A stretch of DNA of 64,000 nt from Octopus bimaculoides (taxonomy: Eukaryota): positions 20,423,491 through 20,487,490 of the forward strand of contig NC_068983.1 of assembly GCF_001194135.2 (NCBI RefSeq), given 5' to 3'. This document shows, piece by piece, positions 35,479 through 48,770 of this stretch; within the stretch, counting starts at the first letter, position 1; each line of letters starts with the position of its first letter. A model generated the notes under the pieces. The model had not been told where the DNA came from. It made no database searches and worked only from the letters and a program-made list of their open reading frames with translations. The position numbers and the translations under genes were made by a program.

Positions 35479-38234
35479 TAAATGTGTGTGTATATAAAAC
35501 GAAAATCTACACAACACTTGTCACTAACCGAGTTTGGCTGTAGAGCACTTCAATAGCATGACAAATGTCTATATCGACTAAATACCAAGACATGGACGTG
35601 CAACTGTGAGCAACAAGCTAGTTGGTGTGACAGAAGTACTGGACGCTGGAAATGCTCTGCAAACTGTTTTTAAGACACGTTGTCCTGAAACCTCTCACTA
35701 ACAACTATAGAAAGCCTAAAACACAGCAATGCACAGAGACCTCGAAGGCCCTGCGGTCGGAGAATGCTGGCGAACGATCAAAGCTGACGTGTGCAATGAG
35801 CGTTTTCCACAACACCATCGACCCGAACGTGTAGTGGCAAGTTTTCAAAATCCGATAATAAGTATGAGCATTGCTTGTTAATTAACCGCGAAACGACGTG
35901 TGATAACAAGCAACACTTGTAACGTGAATAAGCTGTAAGACATCATTAATAAAAAGAAAAAGCTTTCACAGAAATATGCCCTACCAAGAAGAAATATTAA
36001 AATCATTCTGTGTTATAAATCGTTGTAGATCATAATAAAAACCCTACCCGGTTTTTATTCAGATTATGTGTGTAGATATTCTGCTTCCGCCACGTCTAAA
36101 AAGCGCAAGTCTACGCTTCTCTTTCAGTCGTCTATTATTCTCCACTGCTCCCACCTCTTGTTATTATTTCTGTGTTGCTTGTATTTTGTTAGATGTTTTT
36201 TTTAACGTATGGTGGGTCCATCTACGTTTTTGACGGGCCTTGGTTTTGTTTTGTTGAGTTCCTTACAAGTAATTCTTCACAAGGATAAGCTGGTAGTAGT
36301 ACAAGCTTAGCTGTCGTTGACCTAACCATATATTTGTATGTGTGAGTAAGAGAGAGAGAGGGGGGAAGAGACAGTATGTCTGTGATAGAGTGGTCATGAA
36401 GACGTTTGAAACGATACAGGAATACTAAACACATGTAGTGGAGATAATATATTCTGTTGAAACTGTTGAATTACTATCTACAACCTCGATTTTCTTTCTT
36501 TTGTCAATTTTCATCAGGTGACGAAAGTTAATCTCGTTGACGACTTGACAAACACGCAAAAATCTATAGATCTGTGAAAGACGTTGAAACGTTTCAAATT
36601 ATCAATAAGTTCTGAATTTTCAAGTAACCTACACTGTTACATGTATGCAAAATAGAGAACTGGTACTTGTGATGTTTGTGTTAAATCTTCAAAGCACAAA
36701 GGTAATGATGAAACGCGAAACAAACAATTCTATAAGATATACTTTAGCAACTGCTGATTCAATTCTTTGGAAAACTTCTGTGTTCTAGCCATAGAGAAGA
36801 ACGCGCTAGATCGACCTATTAGATAAATAAATATAACACTCACATTTCCCTTAAGTCACAACCTACTGTGAGCTAAACAATTTCATTGAATAGTGTAGTC
36901 TGAAAAACAAAAGACAGTATGATCGCCCCTGTGCAGTGCTTGGCAGTGTTGTAAGAACATCCGATAGACTGTTTCGCGCTATTATTTCCGAGTTTCTGCG
37001 CTTTGGGGTCAAATCTCGTCGAGGAAAATTTCACCCTTCATCCTTTTGGGGCTCAGTAAAAAAGGACTAAGCAATGCAGTAAATAGGGGGAACTGAAAGA
37101 GTTTCTGACCATGTACTTTGCCTTGTTCCTGTTCTTTGTGATCTTAGATCAAATCGAAGGCTTGTTTGAGTGGTAGATTTAATCCATAACTGGTTTTAAC
37201 ATTACCACTTTGCACCTTGGGAAACGGAGTACAGCTTTTGTAAGCATTAAGACTAGCTCTAAGATTTGATGTCATCTTCTTGTTTGTTAAAATCTTCCTG
37301 TTTCAGAGGACTTCGTCTCCGGTTTCATAATAGCTTCCCGCATATATTGTCTTTCCTCCTGATGAAAAGATAAACGAGAGAAAAAGGAAAAAAGAAGACA
37401 CCCTCCAAAAAAAAAAACGGTCAGCTATGGACGGTCGAAAGACAGTGATGTCGGTGGACGGATATGGTTGGTTGTCATATTTTTTTCTCATGTGCAATTG
37501 TCTGCCTATGTGGACTGAGCCGATTCCAATCAGGAATAGAGAATATAGAACTCAGTCCTTTGCAGTTTACTTCTCTGTTACAATCGGGAATAGAGAGTTT
37601 AACATTGCTGTATAGTTTGCAGTAGAAATTATCAATAGACATTGTTAAATTGCATTCAGTGAATTTATCTTTACTTCGAAAGGAACACATATATATTCGT
37701 GTGTGTGTGTGTGCTCGCGTGGGAGGGTGTGACCACGTGTGCGTGATTGTGTTCATGTAAGGTGATTTGAAAACTGACAGTATCCGACTAAACATGTTTA
37801 CCTTCAGAAGTAATCGAAGTGATAACAGTGAAAAGCATTGAATTCGATATTCAATCGCACGTGAAATGTGTGCACTGAATTTAAGCAAGCCGCCTCTTCA
37901 TTGACCTATATATATATATATGTTTCTATGTAGTGCATACCGATATTATATCGACCTATTAAATCAACGTTGCTTATGATCTATATTCCTTTTATTTGTG
38001 TGCATGTGTGCACATACATACAGTTTAACACACATACTTATATACTATGTGCATATACACACACATACATACGCACATACATACATACATACATACATAC
38101 ATGATTGTGTGTGTGACAGAGTGAGAGAAAGAGATTATTGGAATAATGAACATCTTGCTGTGATCGTGTAAAAGTTTCTTTTGTGTAAAGCGATTAGCTG
38201 AGAGCTCAGTAAAAGTAAAAAATAAAAAAAACTT

Positions 38235-38386
38235 AGGCGCAGACGTCGTTGTGTGGTAAGTCGCTTGCTTCCCAATCACAATCATCCGAGTTCAGTCTAA
38301 ATGTGTGTCACCTTGCTCAAGTGTCTTCTACTATAGCCTCAGGCCAACCAAAGGCCTTGTGAATAGATTTCGTAGATGGAAAGTGA

Positions 38387-38442
<56 letters not shown>
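38235..38442 (+). mobile_element. SINE family B 5' half (3' half resumes at 39058)
   Basis: AGGCGCAG...GTGTGGTAAG...CAAGTGTCTTCTACTATAGCCTC...GCCTTGTGAATAGATTT, then (TA)n. Confidence 0.85.
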
Positions 38443-38443
<1 letters not shown>

Positions 38444-38455
38444 TGTATATATCTA

Positions 38456-39057
38456 CTACCATAATAATGCTCTTGTGTTTTTCTCCGTCACAACATATGA
38501 ATGAGAAAGGAAGGGGTGATAGTAAACTGGTAGTGGGAGCATTTCAACACTGTGTGAGGGTATGTGTGTGCGTGTACAAGGGAAGTGTGTGAATGATTGC
38601 ATGCGAACCAGCGTTCTTACAGTAACCAACTATGATCGACGTCACATCTCAGAAGACAACCACTAGATAACATTGACAAGTGTATTAATTGGATTTACCA
38701 TCCATATTTATTTATAAAATACTGCAATTAGCCGTCATTTTTGTCGGCACGAGTTAGCTAGTATACGCTATAATGTGAGATCCTCGTCCACTCGTATGTT
38801 TTTGTAATATTCTTGTCGCCACTATTATGTTGTGGCGGTATTCCGCGTCTTATTACCTCTGACGCGTCTACCGTGCTATCGCTGACAGCTCCGCAAGACA
38901 ACGACTTTGAAACGCCTACCTCGACAGTAACTCGAACTCGTATATATCACATAACTGACATTGATTCCTGCTGAGAACTCGTACAATGACTCTACTACTA
39001 CTGACTGTCTGACTTTATAGTGGGAAGGGCAGTACTATTTTCACTACAACAATATAT
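38456..39057. mobile_element. Unclassified 602-bp insertion within the SINE microsatellite
   Basis: Lies between the two halves of one family B SINE; flanked by exact ATGTATATATCTA at 38443-38455 and 39058-39070. Confidence 0.55.
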
Positions 39058-39292
39058 ATGTATATATCTATGTGGGTGTGTTTTGTGTCTGTGTCTGTTC
39101 TTCACCACCGCTTGGCAACGGTTTTCGCGTGCTTACGTCCACATAATCAAGTGGTTTGGCAAAAGAAATCCATAGAATAAGTATCAGGTTAAAAAAAAAA
39201 AAAACATAAGTACAGGGGTCGATACATTTCACTAAAAATTCTTCAGAGCGGTGACCCAGCATGACTGCACTGCCTGAAACAAATAAAAGATA
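39058..39292 (+). mobile_element. SINE family B 3' half
   Basis: CACCACCGCTTGGCAACGG...GGCAAAAGAAATCCATAGAATAAGTATCAGG...GGGGTCGAT...CAGCATGACTGC...GAAACAAATAAAAGATAA. Confidence 0.85.
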
Positions 39293-40499
39293 ACTGATAT
39301 AGCTAGCTAAATCATAGAGTATTTCAAATCGAGCAACATAATGAAATAAACACATAGTATATTCTGGATCTCGGAGTATTTAACACTATAAATAATACCG
39401 TGTTGGTAGAAAAATCCCTTTGAATAAGAGAAGTCTGAAATGGATCGAGAAGTTGAAAAGATTCCTTTGGTCCAACGGTAGAACTCCTGCTATGTTTACA
39501 GGTGATATGAGTTCCTGTTCATCGGGCAGCCTTCGACTTTTTCGATCCATGGGGTCTGTAACCCAATATTCATAGGCTATTATTTCTAGCTTTATTTGCT
39601 TTGTTATCACCATTCCAAAATAGCATTAATACATATTCTGTATCGTTTTCGAACAGAATCGTTTCGAGAAATCAGACGTTCATAAAAATATGTAGGCACC
39701 TTGGGGCTTATCGGCGGCATAGTAAAAGGCCAAACATGGGAATTTACTGTTCCTATAAATCGTTGAGGTAGATTTTAGTGTTATATGAAAACCGTTGAAA
39801 TATCAAGAACAAACACGTGCTCACCTATCTGAATAGATATTGCAAAGAATGTTCAGGTCACAGAAATATTCATTAAGAGAGCAGAAAAAACACCTAAAAT
39901 ATATACCAGGTTTATATCGGTATTGTAATGGTGTATATAGTTACAACTAAAACAGACAATCTTGATTTTATATATACACACACGTGTGTATATATATATA
40001 GTCAATAAAACATATATCAGAAAAGAAGCACACTCTAAAGAAGAGAGAAGTCATTATCAAAACAAAAATTTTAAATCTAGTCATAGAGTTACCGAATGGT
40101 ACATTGCTGGTATTGCTGATGGCAGGTCTCAGTGCCACCGTAGCTTTATAGATGACTTTTTCAGCATCGCTTCAGCCTCCGACTCGACAGTTATTGTATA
40201 CCTTGCAAGAGAAACCTGCCTCCTCCCTTGTATTGTGGCCTTAAATCTCGATATCTGCGCGTTTCCTCGCTTCCGCTTGGTAGAAAAAAAATTTGTCTTG
40301 TATAGAGTCTGTCGTGGCTTTGGCTTTCGTGGATACGAAACTGTTGGTAACTTTATGACCAGAATCTGAATTTTTGTTTTAATATATATATATATATATG
40401 CATATTAGTCTTCTCGCAGGCGATTTCACAGGTCCATGAGATCATAGCTTGTCCGGATTTCTATGGTGGAGTTATAGCCTCATTGTAGCCTGAGGCTGT

Positions 40500-40665
40500 A
40501 GGATCCAGCCACATCAACGGGAAGCCGGTCTGTGGCAGAATTACTTGCCCCCAGATGCTAGTGCCACTCGCTTTTAACTGAGTGTACCTGGGCAAAGTGA
40601 AATGAAATATCTTGCTCAAGAAAACACGCCGCATACTCCGAGTATTGACTTCATACTTTAATAGT
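40500..40665 (-). mobile_element. Degraded SINE family C
   Basis: GTGAAATGAAATATCTTGCTCAAGAAAACAC is the reverse complement of the family C core. Confidence 0.6.
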
Positions 40666-41230
40666 TGGAAGTCCATCGTACAAATCATATGGTGACGTGC
40701 TTTCACGTACCGAATGTGCACTTCTGTAAGTTGTTAATTTGGGGGAGATAGGTTGATATTTCTGGTAGAGACGTCACATAAACTAATATGGTTTATGGTT
40801 ACTGTGTGCTGGTTTGCTGGTTTACATACTAATATTTATACATTCTCTCCGCATATACTGACACAGCTATTTCTATACCAGCCCGTTTTAACGATATATC
40901 AATTAATCAATCAATCAATCAGTCAATATATTTTACTTTCGAAGATTACGAATATCCCTCCACACCACAAGCATATTTATACACAGTGAACCTAACAGTG
41001 CCTTTTCTTATTTGTATTCTCAAACTTTCGACTGTAGTCACGAAGGAGCGCCACCATCTCTTACTTTCTATTTGAAATTGTCTCCTCTTCTTTGTTTTCC
41101 TTTTCTTCCATTTTTCTTACCTTCAATAATTCTTTCTCTTTCTTCTTGTCTCACTCTCTTTCTTCTCTTTAGCAACTCGTTCAGTTCAGATTTTTGAAAG
41201 CATAATCTCAAACCCTTTTCATGTCACAAT

Positions 41231-41326
41231 TTCTTCTTCTTCTTCTTCTTCTTCTTCTTCTTCTTCTTCTTCTTCTTCTTCTTCTTCTTCTTCTTCTACT
41301 TCTTCTTCTTCTTCTTCTTCTTCTTC
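41231..41326. repeat. (CTT)n tract inside a pyrimidine-rich stretch of about 650 bp (about 41060-41720)
   Basis: Directly visible. Confidence 0.95.
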
Positions 41327-43525
41327 ATCATCTAGTATAACTCATTAATTTCTCTTTCGTTCTCTTTCTCTCGTTGATTCCCCCTTTTTCTTCGCTTTCG
41401 TTAACATTCTTCTATTTTTTTATATTGCTTTCCCTACTCAATACCTTATTCAGCCGACTAACATAACCTACCATAATAAGCATTCATTCATTCATTCCAC
41501 CCATCTCTCTCTCTTTCTTTTCCACTAATCCTATTTCTTTCTCTTTCTCTCATATACTTATCTGTCATTCAAAACAACCACACACAAATCTTCCTTTCCC
41601 TATCTCTCCTTCTTGCGTCTCACCCTCTCTTCCTATATTACTCTATCGTTCACACTCCTTATCTCTCTAAATATTTCTCCCTGTCTCTCTCATTCGTCCC
41701 TCTCACTCTCTTCCTCACGACTCTTTTTATACCACAAAACCCTTCTTATGCTGTTTTCTTTTATTTTCTAACCACTTCCCCCCGAGTTTTAAAATAATAC
41801 CTAAATGGGTATAGTTTCCGATATCGCCACAAATCTCACTCATCTTTCTAGCACAAATACACACACACACACACAGAGCAACACACACACATACAGACAG
41901 TAACACACAGAGTAACACACGTACACAAACACACCAACACACACACACATGCATACACTCGTTAAGTGAATATGTGTAGGCGCAACGGTTATTTCAACTA
42001 TTAAATTCTCGGATATCTATGTTTTCCCCCCTTGATAAACGGGAGAAGTCACCAAGATGAACAACAGTAGAACAGTAGGAATAGTTACTGAATATTTCCC
42101 TGTAGATACATTTACATTATCCTATGATATATATTATATAAGTCACTCAGAATTTCTTCGCTTCTCTCTGTCTCCTTTTCCATTTATTTCGAATACAGTT
42201 TTCATAATTTAGACCTGCTTCCCACTCAAATCAAATTAATAAATATATATTTCAATTTGCTTTCATACAATTTCAAACTAAAATGGTGGATGAAACTGAC
42301 ATCAACTGTTTGTTATTATCGCATTGCATTAATATTCGTTGGCCAAAACCCAGTGTATTGTTTAGATAGGTCTTTCAAGTTGATGTTGGAGTATGATTTA
42401 TTTTGCTAAGTGTGAATGGTGCCACGAGGAAAACATTTGACAAAGATGGATGCAGATCTAATAACCATGGATTTTATAATGGCGAAAATTTTTCTTTTCA
42501 TTCGTTTTCATTTTCTTGCTTGTATACAGGACTAATACTCAAGATTCAAAGATAGTGCCGATTGTACGATAATGGGAAGTACTTTTCACTACCTCTTTAG
42601 TTTATTCTATTAGAATATAATACATTATCCAAATATATAATACGTCACTAATGACAGGATTCTTTATCTATTTTGTCATTGTCACTCTTTGGCCTAACCA
42701 TCTCTCAAAGTAATATTGGCTTGCTTTCATTAAAGACTGCCAACATCTTTGGTGGTGGACAATGGTTGTTAGAATTGGTTGCAATATATTATGGTGTATT
42801 TTACCAACAACAAAAAGACAAAATACTGACTTAAATTTAGATGATTTAAGATTTAAAATGTAATGTCGGAAACAACAATGTAAGCTGTTCATAAGCTGTT
42901 CATGGTGTTTCCTTAGATACGTTGCTAATTTAGTAGGGATGGTTGATTAAATAGACCGACACTGTTAGATTACTGGGACATTCAGTAAGAAAAGTGAAAA
43001 CTTCGGTCAGTATCAACAAGCTAAAATCTGAGTAATCATAGTTCTGTATATAATGCTGTAGTTCGGTATTAAAGTACAATAGAATTGTTTTCCACCGCTT
43101 GCGACCTATCAGTAACCTAAAACCACATGAGTAAATCTCTCCGTAAAGAACATGTTTTCAAAAGTAGAAAATCATATTGTAGTTTTCGCTTGCAGTACTA
43201 ATGCTGTATGATCAGTGATGTAGTTTGATCATAAAATAAATGAGAACAAACATGGCAATAACTGAATGCATAAAGAAATTTTGAAATAGTTGATTACTTA
43301 AAATAGTAATATACGCCTGTCATTTTACTAATACATATATGTTTAGTAGCAATGCTGTCTGGAAGTTTGGACATATGGAGCAGTTGCTTGCGATCTCTAT
43401 GAAACTAGAGTTCCCATGTTAACCTATCTGTACTGTGGTTGTGTATAGAGGGGATCTATTTATTTCCTTTCCCGGAGGCTAGTGATACTTATTTTAAATT
43501 TGGAGTAAACTATAGCATATATCAA

Positions 43526-43734
43526 TTTCAAATTTAAGCACAAGGCCAGCAATTTCGGAGTTAAGGATAAGTCTTACATCGATCCCAGTGCTAAAACTGA
43601 TAGCTATTTTACCGCTCCCACGAAAGGAATGAAAGCCAAAGTCGACCTCGGCAGAATATGAACTCAGAATGTAAAGACGGACGAAATGCTGCTAAGCATT
43701 TTTCCGGTGTGCTAACGATACTGTCAGCTCGCCA
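43526..43734 (-). mobile_element. SINE family D, full length
   Basis: AAAGTCGACCTCGGCAGAATATGAACTCAGAATGTAAAGACGGACGAAATGCTGCTAAGCATT...GTCAGCTCGCC. Confidence 0.85.
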
Positions 43735-44815
43735 TCGGACATGAAAATTGTCGAATCGCTCTTTTTATTTGATTGGTAATGAGCAGAGTCTACGCAGTGG
43801 AGAGTAACCCCTTATCTGCAACGCTTGATGAAAAATAAAATGCCCAATACTGGTTTTTAGTGTCAGTTAAAATATCATTATATATCTCAAGATTATAGTT
43901 GTATGATCAGCTATGTAGTTTTGTCATAAAATAAACACGAACACAAACACGGCAAGCTCCCACGTTATGTCACCTGTTACATTTTTGAGAAAGTTTTCAT
44001 CAGAATTTCAACGTTAAACAACTTTTCACTGACTCAATTTTTTTTTTTAACTCTTAATAGACGGGCTGCAACCCTAACGTGATACGCTGCGTCGAGTTTC
44101 TCAGTTCGAAGCAAACACTTTCTTTGTGTGGTTTTCATTCTTTTTCGTAGAAGGTCATCCATCCAGATTTGAGATCACGTTTGGTGATTGTGCTTCCTAA
44201 TTTGAAAAAAACTGGTGTCATCGTCGTTCTTTGTATGGTTCAAAAATCATTCTCGCTACAGACCTGTTGCAACATTANNNNNNNNNNNNNNNNNNNNNNN
44301 NNNNNNNNNNNNNNNNNNNNNNNNNNNNNNNNNNNNNNNNNNNNNNNNNNNNNNNNNNNNNNNNNNNNNNNNNNNNNNNNNNNNNNNNNNNNNNNNNNNN
44401 NNNNNNNNNNNNNNNNNNNNNNNNNNNNNNNNNNNNNNNNNNNNNNNNNNNNNNNNNNNNNNNNNNNNNNNNNNNNNNNNNNNNNNNNNNNNNNNNNNNN
44501 NNNNNNNNNNNNNNNNNNNNNNNNNNNNNNNNNNNNNNNNNNNNNNNNNNNNNNNNNNNNNNNNNNNNNNNNNNNNNNNNNNNNNNNNNNNNNNNNNNNN
44601 NNNNNNNNNNNNNNNNNNNNNNNNNNNNNNNNNNNNNNNNNNNNNNNNNNNNNNNNNNNNNNNNNNNNNNNNNNNNNNNNNNNNNNNNNNNNNNNNNNNN
44701 NNNNNNNNNNNNNATATATATATATATATATATATAGATATACCTACACAAACTTGTGCGCATACGTTCAGAACATACACGACAAACGAGAGTGAATGAG
44801 AGAAAGAGAGAGAGG

Positions 44816-44873
<58 letters not shown>

Positions 44874-45597
44874 GAAAGTGTGGAGGTAGTTAGAAATGGA
44901 TAACCTACATACAATGATATGCTCTGAAACAGTCAAACACATACCTGTCTTCGCCTCTTTTCCGATATATATGCTAATTCTTCATGTCGGCGACTAGTCT
45001 GAAACAAACCCTGCTTCTAAATAATTGATTAGTCGATAGATATCATTTTCTTTGTCGATGTTGTTATCGTTGTGTCGTATTTGTTGCCATAGAAACAGTA
45101 CAATGACTACAGGAAACATCTAATTACTGATCACTCACAGACTTCGATCTCACCTGTTTGCGAATCATTAAGGTGTATATTCATCAAACTTGACACATGC
45201 CAATGTCTAATTGTCCCACTGGTAAAATGGAAAGTTTTATCTATAACAACAACTAAAAGTTGCATGAATACTTGACGAGAGCTATAAATATAATTGATAG
45301 AGAAAATTTAATGAGCCTATCTGAGTGGATAAAAGTAATTCAAAGAATATAAAAACAGCTTCAAAAAACTTTTACAACCAAAATCCTATTTGCTTTTCAC
45401 TCTTATAACGTTAACCCTTTCAGAGTAATACTAGACATTCGTTCCTAAATGTTTAAAATCAGATATATTAGCTAGATAGATGTTTCTAAACCTGAGTGAT
45501 AGCATCTCTTAGAGGCGTTATGAGCCCTAAGGGAGCGGCAAATTTCGATGAAACTTGTACCCTCAATATTTTCAAATGTCTATAAAACATAACAATA

Positions 45598-45992
45598 AGG
45601 TACAGGCATGACTGTGTGGTAAGAAATTTACTTCCCAACCACATGCTTCCGGGTTCAATCACACTGCGTGGCTCCTTAAGCAAGTGTCTTCTGCTATAGT
45701 TTTGGGTCGACCGAAGCCTTGTGATTGGATATGGTAGCCGGAAACTGAAAGAAACATGTCGTGTATATATGTGTGTGCTTGTGTCTGTGTCCCCGCCCAC
45801 GCCTTGACAACCGGTGTTGGTGCGTTTACGTCCTTGTTTATTAGAGGTTCGGTAAAACAACCGATAGAATAAGTACCAGACTGAAAAAAGTAATTACTGT
45901 AGTCGATTCATTCAACTAAAATTCTTCGATCTAATAGCGCCCCAGCATGAGCAAAGTCTGCTGACCGAAACGAGTACAAAATAAAAGATAAA
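45598..45992 (+). mobile_element. SINE family B, full length, with a short central microsatellite
   Basis: AGGTACAGGCATGACTGTGTGGTAAG...GGGTTCAATC...GGAAACTGAAAGAA...TTGACAACCGGTGTTGG...GATAGAATAAGTACCAG...AAAATAAAAGATAAAG. Confidence 0.88.
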
Positions 45993-46081
45993 GTAGAAGA
46001 GTTGGGAATTATCTAATGTGTTAAAAGAATCATGAATTGTGATGCGCGGAGACCCAATGTATTTTCATTATTCAAGTCCTT

Positions 46082-46273
46082 AAGGTGGCTAGCTGATGAA
46101 ATCTTTAGCACGCCAGACAAAGTGCTTAGTGGCAATTCGTCCTTCTTTAGGTTTTGCCTTCAAATTCCGTCGAGGTTGATAAAATAAGTATCAGTCACGC
46201 ACTGGAGTCTATGTAATCGACTAGACCCTTCTACTAAAATTTCAAGCCTTGTACCTATTGTAGAAGGAATTAT
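46082..46273 (+). mobile_element. SINE family D with a central deletion
   Basis: CAAATTCCGTCGAGGT joins directly to TGATAAAATAAG, consistent with a deletion between GGT microhomologies. Confidence 0.8.
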
Positions 46274-47063
46274 ATGTGTTATCGCCTTCTTTTGTTAAAT
46301 CTCCATAAAGATCGAACGTAGGAGGTACTTGTTCGCGCAATAATCTTACGAAAAAAAAAAAAACCCAAACACAGAGAAGTACATATAATGAATGGGATAC
46401 TATTAACAAAAGTATGCATAATGAACCACCGTGCAATATGAGTTACTTTTTGTATGTGGTTGTTTTTCTTTCGCAAACCATAAAGAAGAAACACTTGCAA
46501 AACCCCATTCAAAAGAAAAGTGTTACTGAGCTACAAAAGAAAAACAAAAACAACAACAAAAATAAAATAAAATTAAAAAAAAAAATTTGGAAACAACTGG
46601 ACTAGATTAACCTGGAAAACAGATAAAACCTATAACTAGGTTTTGGCCAATTTTCAGCATAGCAACTCATTATTTCTTAAAAAAAAAAAATCGGTTTAAA
46701 ATATTGAACTGGTATATGATAGCAGTTGATTCTTATACCGGAATAATAATCTTCAATGTTTAAGCAGCCAGGAATATTTATAAGAAGAATATATCCGTTT
46801 ATAGTTGAACAATAGTAGCCATCTTCTGATTGCCACTGGTTATTTTATAAGAAAAATCTCACTTTAAAAGCTTTGTCATTCAACTTTTTTTTTTTATTGT
46901 ACGAAACAATATGCTGAGAGATTAATCCGAAAATCTACTTCAAATTAAAATTGACACGCCGCCTCAGACATAATGTCGATATCGCTTTCCGTTTCAAACA
47001 TTTTTTCTTTGTATGTTTGCATTTATTTATCTATGTATCTTATCTGTTTTGCTTCCTTACGGC

Positions 47064-47095
<32 letters not shown>

Positions 47096-47821
47096 ATCTG
47101 TTTGTCTATCTCTCGATCGTTTGATCGTTCTCTTTCTTTTATTACGTATATGCTTTTTTAAAAATATTATATCTATACTAAATAATAAAGACTAATACCT
47201 CTCATCTCTTATCAATAAAATCTGCTACCTTAAACATCTTCGAGTGTTATTGAAAGGCGACGATTATGAATATCCAAAAGTAAGAGATACTAACGATTCT
47301 CCTTGAGATAAATCTATTTATATTAATTAAAGCAACATTTATTTTGTTGAACGCAGCTCGAACCCTAGACGCTAAATTCCACTTATTTCTTCTTATTTCC
47401 CTTATTAGGAAAGGCTGCAATACCACAATCATCATTTGATAGGCGGCCGGTAGATAATGCCATTAAATATTAAAGTGAGAGAACAAAATTCATTCAACAG
47501 AAATTTCAATTGTGTCAGATGCACCTAGCTAATTATGACAGCTAATTAGGTACCTGAAAAATCAAATGATCATATCCTGTCATTACTATTGCAGGGAATT
47601 GCAGTGGCTACTTAGCAACTATAGGAATAGTCCACCTAGCTAGCTATAATTAGGTACTATTGTACGTGGTATAGTTCAATGCTGCACACAGCCATTACAC
47701 TAAAATTAACGAGTGATATTTTGAGCTGACTTTGGCACTAAGCCACAGATTTACAGACGGGGTTATTGTCATGCTTTACTTAATTATCATTAGTGTATTG
47801 TACTTATTATATCGATTTCAC

Positions 47822-48035
47822 CACATGGCTAAATAGTTAGGGGTTTTCACTCAAAATTGTATGGTCGTACTTTCGATTCCTGGAGTAGGAGTTGTTTTGT
47901 GTTCTTGGGCAAAACACTTCGTTTCACGATACTCTTCGGTCGCTTCTATATCTGACACGTGGCACACTGTGCACCAGTAAAGGCAATGACGATTTGATAG
48001 TGCATATGCGTTAATGTGCAGCACATACATTTGAT
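47822..48035 (+). mobile_element. SINE family C with a third tail type
   Basis: TTTCGATTCC B-box, TTGTGTTCTTGGGCAAAACACTTCGTTTCACG core, tail CTGACACGTGGCACACTGTGCACC. Confidence 0.65.
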
Positions 48036-48206
48036 CCCCGTCCCCAAAGAAAGAAAATCACCTTTCTGATTATTCAGCGAGAAACTGTGTAGCACTCATC
48101 TGCCGTTCATAATAGGAAAAGCCACAAATACGACAAAAGAAAAAATGTAAAGAAAATATCGATCTCTGGCGTATTTCGTTTGGCAGAAAACGAATTCAGA
48201 TTTTAA

Positions 48207-48425
48207 CATTTAGCATTTAAATGGTCCATATCTGGCCCAAATATTCTACATTGTTTTATGTTCAAAATAGCCAGACCTGGCCTCTCATACCTACCCCGCA
48301 ATGTCATTCCGAAAATAAACAATCACACCATCGAAATATCGATGCTATTAGATCATGTATTTTTAATTCATAATTATGTCAATAAATAGAATCACATTTG
48401 ACCGAGTATTCTGAATGCGAAAGGG
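48207..48425. mobile_element. TTAA-flanked MITE, piggyBac-like termini
   Basis: TTAA at 48203-48206 and 48426-48429; ends CATTTAGCATT and AATGCGAAAGGG are imperfect inverted repeats; a second copy lies at 13500-13647. Confidence 0.7.
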
Positions 48426-48770
48426 TTAACGAAATACAACATCGCATTTTCTTTGCCGTTTCTGTCTTTTCAGCACACTGTTAGAGCTAAACATTAATGA
48501 GTAACAAAGACATGATATTGACTCTAATAAATGGTTGACTATTAGAAAGTTAAGAACATTAATTACGCCAGCATGACCAGCCCAAGAACGCATCTGCAAT
48601 TTTCAAACAAAGGAAAGAATTGTGTGTGATAAATGAAATCCATCTATATAAATTTAATAAAAGACTAAAAAAATCATCGCTGTTCGTTACGATAATTGTA
48701 AAAATATGCTAAAGAATAATCTCTTTTGTGTAATTATTTGAAATACATATTAAAAATAAAACTTGATACT

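Noticed and set aside
35560-35830. CN..ASW..DRST(W)R-like RTE remnant, or a SWIM-finger-like TWTCNC
   Set aside because: Two incompatible readings, each needing indels; not supportable by eye.
37527-37596. 16-bp direct repeat CAATC(A/G)GGAATAGAGA around 38 bp
   Set aside because: Only two units; too short to interpret and certainly not a CRISPR-like array.
39386-40369. Protein-like open frames on both strands near 39400-39570 and 40080-40360
   Set aside because: No identifiable domain or convincing splice signals; may be decayed retroelement sequence.
47172-47200. TCTATACTAAATAATAAAG, a Helitron-like 5' end
   Set aside because: No 3' hairpin plus CTRR terminus found downstream.
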